A stretch of 64,000 nt of DNA. Origin: Chiloscyllium plagiosum. Lineage: Eukaryota. Within the stretch, counting starts at the first letter, position 1. Every line of letters begins with the position of its first letter. A model generated the notes under the pieces. The model did not search any database. It saw only the letters and a program-made list of their open reading frames with translations, and was not told the origin of the DNA. Shown in pieces: positions 37,486 to 50,329 of this stretch. Position numbers and translations under genes: made by a program. The DNA lies in the NCBI RefSeq assembly GCF_004010195.1, contig NC_057757.1, positions 6,035,980-6,099,979 of the forward strand, in the 5' to 3' direction.

Positions 37486-38958
37486 GACCCCTACCAGGGC
37501 AGTGTCTGCCACTCGGTGTAAAGGATCATTTCAAATAATTAGAATCAGGCGACCAATCAAAGCAATTATTCAAAGGGCGTCACTTTCTATGAGGTAACGA
37601 CTTCGCTCAGGGGACCGATACAAAAATAATTCTTCTCTTAAAGTTCATTCTTTTAAAAATTCTAATTGGTTCATTAATCATACTAATCCCTGGGCTGTTT
37701 TATGAGGAGAAATTGAAAAGACCAAGTCTGTTGTGTAGAGAAATGAGGGGTCGTTTTCTCCAAAACTGCAAAATCGAGTTAGTGCAGAAAGCACATTTCC
37801 CCTGTCTGGGGTCCAGAGGGGTCGAGACCCAAGGGACACAGTCTCTGAATAAGGGGCAGGCCTTTTAAGGTGGGGGTGAGGAGGGGGGGTTCCTTCACTC
37901 AGAGACTGATGACTCTTTGTAACTCTCTCTCGCAGACAGCTGTGAGATTACTCGGTTTCTGCGTACCAATCACAGCAAGGGACATGGGGATAGTTCTGGT
38001 AGAACATCCTTTATCCGAACATCCAAAATCCAAAAAGCTCCGAAATCCGAAGTTTTTTTTAATTATTAACAAGGTTGTTTGGCGAACAAACAGTTAACCC
38101 AAGTCGACACTTGGTCGATGCGTGTCACTCAGACGCGACGATGGGGTGGGGGGGCCCGTGGCCAAGCTTAGGAGTCTGCTCCTCCGGTAAGATTTTTAAA
38201 AAATTTCACCGTTACACCCTCACTTATTCTGAAAACCGAAAAATTCCGAATTCCGAGAAACAGCTGGTCCCGAGCATTTTGGATAAATGATCTTCTACCT
38301 GTACAAGTCAGTGGAATTGCAGTCATGCGGGCTCGAGGGGCCGAGTGGCCTCCTCCTGTTCCAATCCCAGCTGCAGACTAGACCGCTGTACAAGGGGCTG
38401 ATTTTCCACATTTTGTCAATCAGATTGTCACTGTCCTTCACTAACAGCATTACTCAATAATCCTGTATGTGTCTTCCAGGAGATATTGCTGTCGTTTGTA
38501 AGATAGAAGGACGCCGGGGAAGCAATATTAATTCTGCATTGATATTTGGGTGCCCCAATATTCTAAAGTATTTCTAAAGTGAAGCAGTACTGTGAATGAC
38601 AACGCAGGAAACATGCCAGCCAGTTGGTGCACAGCAAGATTCCAGAAGTATTAACTCCAGTGGCATTTGCTGAGGGATAAATATTAGCCCAGTTGGTCGA
38701 AGAGAGCTCCCTTGGGACAGAGATATGAGGTGTCTTAGTCCCACTTTGAGAGGGCAGACACTACAACCTGTTCTTAAATGAAAAGACTATGTGCTTGGGC
38801 AGGGTTCGAAGCTTCTGACTGGACCTGATCCACCAACTGCTCTCAGGAGAGGTGGTAATGGGTTGTGGGGTTTGGAAACTGGGCTCCTTCAGCCATGAGC
38901 TGAGGAAGGGACTCTGTTCCAGATTGGGGGCCTACAAGGCACAGTCTCTCCTCACATC

Positions 38959-39603
38959 TGTTATGGACCAGAGTAGACCCCCTTCAAAATATATGAAGAA
39001 GGTAGCCGAGACCCTAACGTTTTCCTATTTTAAAAGGTAAATGTGAGGTGCTCTGCTTCAGATACAATGCAAATGGTCAAACTACTCAACGTTTAACAAA
39101 ACATAATTTATTCAAACACTATAGTTAAAATACAACAAAAGAAAGAGAACTTGGAATAGCTTAACTCTATTGGAAAACTTAACAGAATAATAGATTATCT
39201 TATTGCTAAACAGTAACAGCCCATAAATACACTCTTGCCAAAAAGGCAAATTCAGAAAACAAATTGTCTCACATACACTTCTGCAATCTGAAAGGAAAGA
39301 ACATCAAAAGACAATTCTGGGAGAGACAGTATAGCAGTTGGGAGAGATTCACTGCTTTCCAATCCTGCTGAGACCCCAGCAACAACTGCTGAAGGCTAAC
39401 CGTAAACTCCCCGGTTCATGGGGGTCGGAACTTGACCACACCCAGTCAGGCTGCTTCTATTGTTCCAGCTTTTTTAAAAAATCCTAAGGCTAGGCAAGCT
39501 GTTTATTGGTTTTTCAACTAGACAACTTAGTGCATCTGTCTTCAAACCTCTCTTTAGAAACAACCCAAACAAAATAACCTCTTAAAACCACAGCATCGTC
39601 ACA
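38959..39603. mobile_element. Solo LTR (Gypsy/ERV-type)
   Basis: TGT...ACA termini, 4-bp TSD CATC; a degraded third copy lies at ~53526-54500. Confidence 0.85.
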
Positions 39604-40329
39604 CATCATTGTAAACATGGTCGGGATTCGGCGTTGAATTTCCCACAGTCACTCACACTTGGAAAACCCGCGAGCACAGGCACACTCTCATATTCTTGTA
39701 TATTCCGAATGCAACAGGTACCCAGATTCCCAGTGGTCAATGGGAAAAGTAAAATAGATGACATACCTGCAGCCCTTAGCGATGGGGATCAATGTCCGAC
39801 ACATCTTAAGCATCACAGAAAGCTAATGGCAGGGAAAGAGACCACTCTACCCATCGTTACCATGCTAATCTGCCTAATCCCTCTTCCCAGCATTCAGTTT
39901 GTAGCTCTTCTGGTTGCAACATTTGGCGTGCATGTCCAGATGAGTTGGGCGTGTCTGCCTCTCTGATCCACTCATGCCAGGCACCAATCAACCTCTAAAT
40001 CTATGCCCCCTTTAGTCAGACCCTTCTGCTGAGAGCAATAGACTATGTTCCCTCTCATGTCTATGCAAGGCTTATGCCCAAAACGTCTATTCTCCTGCTC
40101 CTCAGACGCTGCCTGACCTGCTGTGCTTTTCCAGCACCACACTCTCAACTCTGATCTCCAGCTCCTGCAGTCCTTACTTTCTCCCACTGGGAGATCAGTC
40201 TAGTATTGCCCTCACAGCGAGCTCTGCACAGTTTTCACGCGCTGAATTGTCGACGGCGGCTTTCCTGAAAGCGACCCACACTTGCCAGTTTAGTAATTGT
40301 AGCTGTCCCTTGTCGTTCCTCCTTTGCAG

Positions 40330-40494
40330 CTCAATGATAAACTGATCAGGACACCATTTGAGGACAACGTAGCCGGAGTCAACATCTACTCCAGTGGCAT
40401 CTACAACGTCCTCGAGACCAGGTTTGGGCTGATGGTCAGGTTCGACGGCAACCATCACCTGGAGATTAAACTGCCAAACACGTACTTTGGAAAG
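40330..40494 (+). CDS. Exon 18: VWD3
   Basis: gcag|CTC...AAG|gtgaga; LNDKLIRTPFEDNVAGVNIYSSGIYNVLETRFGLMVRFDGNHHLEIKLPNTYFGK. Confidence 0.94.
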
Positions 40495-40502
40495 GTGAGA
40501 TT

Positions 40503-40550
40503 TCACACACACACACACACACAGACACACACACACAGACACACACANNN

Positions 40551-40583
<33 letters not shown>

Positions 40584-40642
40584 TACAGACACACACACAC
40601 ACACACAGATACAGACACACACACACAGACACACACACACAC
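40503..40642. repeat. (CA)n microsatellite just after the exon 18 donor
   Basis: Seen directly. Confidence 0.95.
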
Positions 40643-40909
40643 GAGGGAATGTGTGGACAATGTTGATGAGCCTGAAGGGAAACTGAATAGACACGAGGGA
40701 GAAATAAAGATAGACTGGAGGTCCGGTGAAAGCAGGAGGAGGCTTGTATAGGACTGAAACACCACGACAGAGCAGATGGGTCAAATGGCCTGTCTCTGTG
40801 TCGTTAATATTATGTTATTCTTTTCTTTAATTCATTCTTAGGACATGTGAGGGCTAGCATTTGCTTCCATTAACTGCCCTGGAAACAGTGGTGGTGGTGA
40901 GTGAGTGAG

Positions 40910-41335
40910 GGTGGCATGGTGGCTCAGCAGTTAGCACTGCTGCCTCACGGCGCCAGGGACCTGGGTTCGATTCCAGCCTCGGGCGACTGTCTGTGTGGGG
41001 TTTACACATTCTCCCCGTGTCTGCGTGGGTTTCCTCCAGATGCTCCAGTTTCCTCCCACAATCCAAAAGTGTGCAGGTTTGGGTGGATTGGCCGTGCTAA
41101 ATTACCCATAGTGCTCAGGGATGTGCAGGTTAGGGTGGATTGGCCGTGCTAAATTACCCATAGTGCCCAGGGATGTGCAGGTTAGGGTGGATTGGCCGTG
41201 CTAAATTACCCATAGTGTTCAGGGATGTGCAGGTTAGGGTGGATTAACCATGGGAAGTGCAGGAGTAGGGGTGGGTGTGGGTGCGATGCTCTTGAGTGTG
41301 GACTCAAATGGCCTGCTTCCGTGATGTTGGGATTC
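40910..41335 (+). mobile_element. HE1-type SINE with 52-bp internal repeats
   Basis: A/B boxes, V core, about 3 internal units. Confidence 0.87.
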
Positions 41336-41999
41336 TCGAACAGCTACAGTTCAGGGGACATCCAGACACAGTACAAGGTAAGGAGTTCCAGGATTTTGGC
41401 CGCAGCAATACTGAAGCAAAAGTGATATGTTTTCAAGTCAGGATGGTGTGGGACTCAGAGGGGAACTTGCAGGGGGTGGTGTCCCCCTGTATCTGCTTCC
41501 CTTGAGGTGTTGGTGATCATGGGTTTGGAAGGTGCTGTCTGAGGATTTTTTGATGAATTTCTACAGTGCATCTTGTAGATCGTACACATTGCTGCTGCTG
41601 ACCGTCGGTGGGGGAGGGAGTGGACCCTGGATGATGTCAAGCTTCTTGACATCACTACTAAGGGTCATTATTTGAAAATAAAGGGATGCCCTTTGAGGAC
41701 AGAGATGAGGAGAATTTTTTTTCTCTCACTTGAAGTTCATGAATCTTTGAAACTGTCAAACTGAAAAAGGCGCTGAAGGCAGAGTCTTTGAATATTTTTT
41801 AAGGTGTCCTTAAAACCTTTCACCTAACGAGGGAGCAGCGCTCCAAAAGCTTGTGATTTCAAATAAACCTATTAGTCTAGTAGAGTAGTATTTTATTTGT
41901 CATTTGTACAACTGATACAGTAAAAACGAGACAGTGTTCCTCCAGGAGGGGAGCTACATGGACAGCACAAACTACACAATAATACGCACTGGTAGCTCA

Positions 42000-42445
42000 G
42001 TGGCTCAGTGGTTAGCACTGCTGCCTCGCAGCACCAGGGTCCCAGGTTCGATTCCAGCCTCGGGTGACTGAATGCGTGGAGTTTGCACCTTCTCCCCGTG
42101 TCTGCGTGGGTTTCCTCCGGGTGCTCTGGTTTCCTCCCACAATGTGCAGGTCAGGGTGAATTGGCCGTGCTTAAATTCCCCATAGCGTTATGGTGCATTA
42201 GTCAGAGGGAAATGGGTCTGGGTGGGTTAGTTCTCCCCGTGTCTGCGTGGGTTTCCTCTGGGTGCTCTGGTTTCCTCCCACAATGTGCAGGTCAGGTGAA
42301 TTGGCCGTGCTTAAATTCCCCATAGCGTTATGGTGCATTAGTCAGAGGGAAATGGGTCTGGGTGGGTTAGTCTTCGGAGGGTCGGTGTGGACTTGTTGGG
42401 CTGAAGGGCCTGTTTCCACACTGTAGGGAATCTAATCTAATCTAA
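42000..42445 (+). mobile_element. HE1-type SINE with internal 140-bp duplication
   Basis: TTGGCCGTGC at 42161 and 42301; (ATCTA)n tail. Confidence 0.87.
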
Positions 42446-42559
42446 AGTGAATAAGAAGTGCGAAACACACAAGTTACAGTGTAATACAAGAATAATAAAT
42501 AATAGACATTTTTCCAGCAGCAATTGAAGTCAAGCAAAGAATTTCAGATGGGAAAGAGT

Positions 42560-43000
42560 CCGATCATACAGTGTTAAGGAGCCTGATGACTTGGGGGAAG
42601 AAACTGTTGCACAGTCTGGCCGTGAGAGACCGAATGCTCCAGTATCTTCTGCCAGATGGCAGGAGGGAGGAGAGTTTGAGTGAAGGATGTGTGGGCTCTT
42701 CCACAATGCTCTTAGCCTTTCGGATGCAGCGTGTGGTGTAAATGTCTGTAATGGAGGGGGGAGAGACCCCGATGATCCTCTCAGCCGTCCTCACTATCCA
42801 TCGTAGGGTCTTACCATCCGAGAACCAGGCAGTGATGCAGCACCTCAGGATGGACCCTCTTGTAGAATGTGGTGAGGAGGGGTTTGGGGTAGGGGGGTGG
42901 GAGATGGGCTTTCCTCGCCCTACACAGAAAGTAGAGACGGTGCTGAACTTTCTTGGCCATGGAGCTGGGGTTGAGGGTCCAGGTGAGATTCTCCACCAGG
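42560..43000 (-). mobile_element. Rex1/Babar-type non-LTR retrotransposon 3' fragment
   Basis: ILRCCITAWF...TAERIIGVSPPSITDIYTTRCIRKAKSIVEEPTHPS...LLPSGRRYWSI...NSFFPQVIRLLN, typical of the Rex1 C-terminus. Confidence 0.78.
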
Positions 43001-44246
43001 TGGCTGCCAATTTAGCCCCATTTCTCCAGCCCTTCCCCACAAGCCTCCAATTCCCCAGCCACCTCTGGGAATGAAACCAAGTTATCCTCAGCAAGCTGTC
43101 AGGATTTGGAGTGCGCTGCCTCGGAGAGTGTTGGAGGTGGATTCCATCTGAGGTTGCAAAAGACAGCTGGATGTAAATTTGGAAGTGATGAATTTAGCAG
43201 GCTATAGAAATAAGGCCGGAGAATGGGACTAGCTGGGTAGCACTTTTGAGAGCCGGTACAGATGCGATGGGTCGAATGGCCTCCTTCGATTGTGCAATTC
43301 CTGAACCAGGCAATAATGCAGCAGCTCTGTATGATGTGGTGAGGATGGGGTGGTTGGGGGGGGTTGGCTTTCCTCAGCCTGCACAGTGAGTAGAGACCCT
43401 ATTGGACCAATACCTGGTGTCGTGTGACTTCTGAATACTTTTAAGGGAAAAGTAGGCAGATTTTTGAAAGGCTGTCAGGGCTAGGCGAGCAAGTGGAGTT
43501 ATCAGATCAGCTGTGGTCTTATTTGTTGGTGGAGAAGGCTCATGGTTGACCTACTCCTGTATACATCCATGCACATGTTTGTGAGGTAATCCCTCTGAGC
43601 TAAAGAGTTTAGTCCTGGGGCTCTTAACCATCAGATCAGGGGTCGACTGTTTAAGTCTGAGAATGAAGAGAAATCTCTTCAGAGGTTTTTTTTGCAGTTA
43701 TTTGGAATACTTTACCGCAGAAAAGCCCCGCTGTTGAGTACATTCAAGACAGAGTTTTGAGATAGAGGCCAGGTTTAGATATGAAGGATGACGAATGATT
43801 TTGCAGTTAAACTGGACAGGTACTTGAGGGAATTAAACTTGCAGGGACAGAGCGGACTGAATGGAATGGGCTGATTGCCCTACAACAAGCTAACAGTGAT
43901 TTAATGGGCTGATTGCCCTACAACAAGCTAACAGTGATTTAATGGGCTGAATGGCCTCCCTAGTTCCCTCAAGTGCCTGTCCAGTTCCGTTTTGAAACCG
44001 TCCATCGTCCTTCACATCTAAACCTGGCCTCTGTCTCAAACGTCTGTTTTGAATACATGATGTGGAGTTGCCGGTGTTGGACTGGGGTGGACCAAGTTAA
44101 AAACCACACAGCGCCAGGTTATAGTCCAACAGGTTTATTTGGAAGCACTAGCTTTTGGAGCTTCGTCAGGTGGCTGTGGAGCAGGATCCATACAATACAG
44201 AATTTATAGCCACAGTGTCCATGACACTGGTTTCCATGACATTGTG

Positions 44247-44669
44247 TTATCCGAACATTCGATTATCCGAACATTTGATTATGCGAACATTCGGTTAGCC
44301 GAAACATTCAGTTATCCGAACATTCGGTTATCCGAACATTCGATTATCCAAACATTCGGTTAGCCGAACATTCAGTTATCCGAACATTCGATTATCCAAA
44401 CATTCGATTATTCGAACATTCGGTTATCGGAACATTTGGTTATCTGAACATTCAGTTATCCGAACAATCGATTATCCGAACAATCGATTATCCGAACATT
44501 CGGTTATCCGAACATTCGGTTATCCGAACATTCGATTATCTGAACATTCAGTTGTCCGAACATTCTGTTGTCTGAACATTCGATTATCCGAACATTCGAT
44601 TATCCGAACATTCGATTATCCGAACATTCGATTATCTGATCATTTGGTTATCCGAACATTTGATTATCC
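44247..44669. repeat. 16-bp tandem array (CGATTATCCGAACATT), about 26 units
   Basis: Seen directly. Confidence 0.93.
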
Positions 44670-44917
44670 TGTGTCATTCGGGTTTACCCTGTATACTGAA
44701 TGACAGAGTCTTTCTGGGGAAAAGGATGGCCTCCTTCTGTGCTGTCGACTCTGAATTCCAAAGGGGACCTGGAGATCAGCTGGAGCTCAGGTTGACCAGC
44801 AGTTGTGATTGTGTTAGACGGCCGGTCTGAAATGGGGCCCTGCTGCTCTTTATGAGGTTGTCAAAGTGAAAACAGCCATTCAGAGTCACGTCAGTAATTG
44901 TCTGTTCTCCTCTCTAG

Positions 44918-45045
44918 GTGTGCGGTATGTGCGGAAACTTTAACAATGACCCAGCTGACGAGCTCCTGATGTCCAACGGTCTCCAGGGTAAAAACGTCAC
45001 CCAGTTTGGCAACAGTTGGCAGATCCAGGGTGACAAGGACCCACG
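44918..45045 (+). CDS. Exon 19: end of VWD3
   Basis: ctag|GTG...CG|gtaaga; VCGMCGNFNNDPADELLMSNGLQGKNVTQFGNSWQIQGDKDP. Confidence 0.94.
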
Positions 45046-45769
45046 GTAAGAGACTCACGGAGAGCGGAGGGGTTCGGCGGGCTGGTTGATTTTCTTGCGT
45101 GCGTTTTGTCTCCCTCCTGGGCGACATCTCCAGCATTGTGTGACCTTGCAAGGCAATCTACCAGCTCGGCCGAACCGACCAACACCTTCAACCACAACCC
45201 GGGCTATAGATCTTCACTGAAACTTTAAAAAACACAAGGTGCGTTTGTACAGCCTCTTTTTGCCAATCTCTGGTGTACCCAAAGCTCTTTGCAGCCAATG
45301 GGAGGTCATAGAATGTTAGAAAGAAACCGCTGTGCCTGGACTGGCCATACAGTGAATTAGCGCTGAAAATGTGTTGCTGGAAAAGCGCAGCAGGTCAGGC
45401 AGCATCCAGGGAACAGGGGAATCGACGTTTCGGGCATAAGCCCTTCTTCAGGAATTACCCCGGAATACAGTGAATTACCCAGCCTATTCCCTCTTCTCAA
45501 TACTCTGTCTATAACCCTCCAGGTTACAGTACCACAGGTATTAATCCAGACATCTTTTCAATGAACTGGACAATTTCTGCCGATCCGACCCTCCCGGGCA
45601 CTGGGTTCTAGACTCCTGACCGTCTCAGTGTTCGGGTTTGTCAGAACCCGTCCGCTCAAGGCATCCTTTCCTCTGTGTACTTTTCGTCTTTTTCTTTTCT
45701 TTCTTTACCTTCGAGGCCTGGGCGGTGGCTGCAGCGTCGGCAGTGTGGATCGGTGGAGCCCAGAGCGAG

Positions 45770-46290
45770 GATTTCCTAGGGGGCAATAGGCCTGGACTCC
45801 TGGCAGCGGCGGTGCCTAGAGCGGAGAGTTCAAGGGAGCAATAGGCCCGGAGTCTGGACTCTTGGCAGCGGTGGTGCCCGGAGTGGGGACTCCTGGCAGT
45901 GCCAGACTCAGAGTCTGGACTCCTGGAGGTTGTAGGCCTGGAGCCTGGACTCTTGGTGGTGGTGGTGCCCAGAGAAAGGACTCCTGGTGGCACTAGGCCT
46001 GGAGCCTGGACTCTTGGTGGTTGTAGGCCCAGAGCCTGGACTCTTAGTGGTGATGATGCCCGGAGCAGGCACCCCTGTGGTGGTAGGCCCAGAGCCTGCA
46101 CTTTTGCTGGTGCTGGTGCCTGGAGCAGAGACTCCTGGTGGTGCTAGGCCTGGAGCCTGGACTCTTGGTGGTTGTAGGCCTGGAGCAGACACTCCTATGG
46201 TGGTAGGCCCAGAGTCTGCACTCTTGGTGGTGCTGGTATCTGGAGCAGGGACTCCTGGTGGTGGTAGGCCCAGAGCATGGCCACCTTGTT
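45770..46290. repeat. Degenerate ~29-30-bp GC-rich minisatellite
   Basis: Recurring GGAGCCTGGACTCTTGGTGG-like units. Confidence 0.8.
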
Positions 46291-47802
46291 GGTGTCAGAC
46301 AGCAGCAGAGTGAGATTCCCCTGGGTCATCACTGTCATCATTGCTGTTTCCAGAACGGGACTCTTACAGGACCAGAACACCTTACAGAAGCCCAAGACCC
46401 AGTTTGAACAGAAGATGAACTCTTATTTAAATAATTTCATTTTATCCTGATTATGCCTCAAAATGGCACCAGACTGTGGAGACACAACATTTTCCACTGA
46501 ATCTTCAAGAGACATATGACAACAAAACCATTCATCCATTCACTTTGTGTCTGTGCCCCTTAGTCACTGGCCCCTCTGCTGTAGTAAACAGGCCCTTCCT
46601 ATCCACACTATCTCGGCCCCCTCAGTCTCCTCTGCTCCCAGAAAAAAAACGTTCCCAACCTTTCAAACCTTTCCTCGTGGCTGGAATATTTTCTCAAGCC
46701 CAAGCAAAGTTGCATTGTAAGGAATGAGGCAGCTCCTATGAACACAGCAAGCTCCCACACATCGCAATCCTCACTAGGCGATCCGAATCGGTGATGTCGA
46801 TTGAGGGATTAATATTGACTGCAGGACACTGGGGGGGGGGGGAGTCTCCCCCATCCCTAGAGCCACCCCATATCCCTTCAAACGTTTCTCCCCAATTGTG
46901 GCTGCAGGGTCTTCTCCATCTCCAACCAAGTAAAACATCTCACCCAGTAACTCAATGAGGTGTTTCTTCCCCCTTTGCCCTCTTCTGTGGGATGTGTGTG
47001 TTACAGGCAAGGGTACCATTTATTGCCCATTCCCAATTGCCCCTTAGGCTTGCTCGGTCATTTCAGAGGACCGTCCGGAGTCAACCATGTTGCTTTGGGC
47101 CTGGAGTTACGTTGCAGTGATTGGAACAAGGGCCAGGTGGATTGCATTAACAATGAGATCCCTGGTTGGGGCCAAACAGGGAGCCCTGGCTGACAGCACC
47201 AGGGACCCGGGATTGATTGAACTCTCGGGCGACTGCCTGTGTGGCGTTTCTCCCCTGTGTTCCCTCTGCATGCTCCAGTTTCCTCCCACAATCCAAAGAT
47301 GTACAGGTTAGGTTGGCTGGCCATGCTAACTTTCCCATAGTGCCCAGAGATGCGTCAGGTGGATGAATTAGCCATGGTGAATGCAGGGTTGTAGGGAAAG
47401 GGTAGGGTGTGAGTGAAATGCACTTTGGAGGATTGTTGTGGAGTGGATGGGCTGAGTGGCTTGCTTCCATGCTGTAGGGATTCAATGATAACCAGGTGTC
47501 TCAAAGAGACTCCTAAGTCTAGGGACGGGCTGTGAGCTGGATGGTCAGAGCCCATCTACAGTGCACATGTTAATAAAGGGTGAGTTGATGATGGGAGACC
47601 GGCCGGTATGGAGTTATTTCACAGGTGTAGGCCAGACCGTGTACGCACGGCAGATTTGCCTCCCCAAAGGACATTAGTGAACAAGATGGAGTTTGCCAAC
47701 AGTTAGATCAGAGAACAGTACAGCACAGGATCAGGCCCTTCGGCCCTCCAAGCCTGCGCTAACACATTTTGCCCATCCGTACTAAAAGTCTTCACTTACA
47801 GG

Positions 47803-48160
47803 CCCCTCGAGCCTATTACACAGGAAGAGGCCATTCAGCCCCTTGACCCTGTTACACAGGAAGAGGCCATTCAGCCCCTCGAGCCTATTACACAGGAAGA
47901 AGCCACTCAGCCCCTTGACCCTGTTACGCGGGAAGAGGCCATTGAGCCCCTTGAGCCTGTTACATAGGAAGAGGCCATTCAGTCCCTCGAGCCTGTTACA
48001 CAGGAAGAGGCCACTCAGCCCCTTGATCCTGTTGCACAGGAAGAGGCCATTCAGCCCCTTCAGCCTGTTACACAGGAAGAGGCCATTCAGCCTCTCAAGC
48101 CTATTACCCAGGAAGAGGCCATTCAGCCCCTTGAGCCTGTTACACAGGAAGAGCCCATTC
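47803..48160. repeat. 36-bp minisatellite array 1
   Basis: Unit GAGCCTGTTACACAGGAAGAGGCCATTCAGCCCCTT, about 10 copies. Confidence 0.92.
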
Positions 48161-48541
48161 AGGATCCATACCCCTCTATACCCTTCCTATTCATGTATTT
48201 GTCCAGCTGCTTCCTGAATGCTGCCATAGTGTGTCCTCCCACTACCTCCTCTGACAGCATGTTCCAGGCACTCACCTCCCTTTGTGTGAAAAACCTGCCT
48301 CGCACATCTCTTTCAAATATACCCCCTCACACCTTGAACCTGTGTCCCGTCGTAATTGACCCCTCCACCCCTGGGGAAAAGCCTCATGCTTCTCACTCTA
48401 TCCACGCTGTTCATAGTCCCATATACTTTTATCAGGCCACCGCTCAACCTCCTGCATTGCAGGTGAAAACAAACCCCAGTCTACCCAACCTTTTCTCATC
48501 GCTAAAATCCATCATAGCAGGCAACGCCCTGCCAAACCTGG

Positions 48542-48822
48542 GGTGGCACGGTGGTTAGCGCTGCTGCCTCACAGTCCCAGGGTCGATGCCAGCCTCAGGC
48601 GACTGTCTGCGTGGAGTTTGCATGTTCTCCCCGTGTCTGTGTGGGGTTTCCTCCACCAATCCAAAGGTGTGCAGGTTCGGGTTAAATTGGCCGGGTTAAA
48701 TTGCCCCATAAGTGCCAGGGACATCAGTCAGAGGGAAATGGGTCTGGGTGGGTTACGCTTCGGCGGGTCGGTGTGGACTTGTTGGGCCGAAGGGCCTGTT
48801 TCCACACTGTAGGGAATCTAAT
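48542..48822 (+). mobile_element. HE1-type V-SINE nested in a minus-strand CR1 fragment
   Basis: Head, core and tail; CAAACCT on both sides. Confidence 0.83.
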
Positions 48823-49214
48823 CAAACCTTTTCTACACCCTGTCCAAAGTATCCACATCCTTTTGGTAGGGTGGTGACCAGAATTGTACGCAATTAACAG
48901 TAGAGCCATAGAGATGTACAGCATGGAAACAGACCCCCGTCCATGCCGACCAGGTATCCCAACCCAATCGAGTCCCACCTGCCAGCACCCGGCCCGTATC
49001 CCTCCAAACCCCTTCCTATAGTTTCATTTACAGAGGCCAGCTCCATCATCCAGATTTTATCGGATTTAATTTAAATTCCAGCCTTTGTCATTCTGGGACG
49101 TGAATCTCTGCGCCCTCCCCCCAGGAACGTTGGCATCGGGGCCCCTGAGATGACACTGTCCTGTGAAGCAGACGGAGCTGTCTCGCTGACTCATGCCATG
49201 TTTTTGTCATTCAG

Positions 49215-49483
49215 CTGCCAGTCCGATGACAGGGAGGATCTGGACCCGATGTGTACGGCCGAAGATAAGAAGGTGTGGACAGCCCAGTGCCAGGAGCTGT
49301 TAACAGCCAAGTACCAGCGGTGTCACAGCACCGTGAAGCCAGCTTCATTCATTGAGAACTGCGTGTTTGACATGTGCATGTACTCTGGCATGATCTCCAC
49401 TCTCTGCGACAATATCCAGTCCTACATTGAAGCCTGCAAGAGCGAGGGCATTGACATTAAGTGGAGGAACAGCACCTTCTGTC
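49215..49483 (+). CDS. Exon 20: linker + C8-3
   Basis: tcag|C...TGTC|gtaagt; CQSDDREDLDPMC...CVFDMCMYSGMISTLCDNIQSYIEACKSEGIDIKWRNSTFC. Confidence 0.94.
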
Positions 49484-49647
49484 GTAAGTGACCCGACCTC
49501 CATGTGGCTTTAGAAGCTCCCTGCTCCCCTCACACCAACACACGCGCACCACCCTCTCCTCCAGCAGGCTGCAAATCGCAGGAGTCATGACGGCGAACAG
49601 GCCATTGAACTCAGGGAGGCATCGCAAATCTGACTCTGCTGATACCC

Positions 49648-49947
49648 GCCATTCAGCCCCTTGAGCCTGTTACACAGGAAGAGGCCATTCAGCCCCTTGA
49701 GCCTGTTACACAGGAAGAGGCCATTCAGCCCCTCGGGCCTGTTACACAGGAAGAGGCTATTCAGCCTCTTGAGCCTGTTACACAGGAAGAGGCCATTCAG
49801 CCCCTTGAGCCTGTTACACAGGAAGATGCCATTCAGCCCCTTGGGCCTGTTACACAGGAAGATGCCATTCAGCCCCTTGGGCCCATTGCACAGGAAGAGG
49901 CCATTCAGCCCCTCGAGCCTGTTACACAGGAGGAGGCCATTCAGCCT
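49648..49947. repeat. 36-bp minisatellite array 2 (same unit)
   Basis: About 8 copies of the same unit. Confidence 0.92.
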
Positions 49948-50120
49948 ACTTGGAAATAGCAAGGTCCCTCAGAGCACAATGTGCTGCTTGGCCTGTTGAA
50001 TGGTGCCCCCAGGAGATCTCGAGGAACTCTTGTGATTCTTGCGGCAGACAGTTCTAACAGAGTGTGTTGTAAAGGCAGCAGCTGGCCCATCTCTCACTGC
50101 TGTCTGCTTTCACTGTCCAG

Positions 50121-50329
50121 CCCTGCCCTGCCAGAAGAACAGCCACTACACCGAGTGTGCCACACCCTGCCCAGCTACCTGCACGGACATCTACGCCCCC
50201 TCGACCTGTGAGAACCACCGGCCGTGCGTGGAGGGCTGCGAGTGTGATGAGAACTTTGTGCTGAGCGATGACCGATGCGTGGCCTTGGCTGACTGTGGCT
50301 GCATTGACTACAACGGTGACTACCATGAG
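50121..50329 (+). CDS. Exon 21: TIL-3
   Basis: ccag|CC...GAG|gtaatg; LPCQKNSHYTECATPCPATC...CVEGCECDENFVLSDDRCVALADCGCIDYNGDYHE. Confidence 0.94.

Noticed and set aside
45625..46313. Pro/Gly-rich repetitive ORFs on both strands
   Set aside because: Degenerate minisatellite with no stable frame and no splice sites fitting the gene; exons 19 and 20 already join in phase.
44247..49947. Regular 16-bp and 36-bp repeats as possible CRISPR arrays
   Set aside because: Head-to-tail tandem units with no unique spacers, no cas genes, and a vertebrate intronic context.
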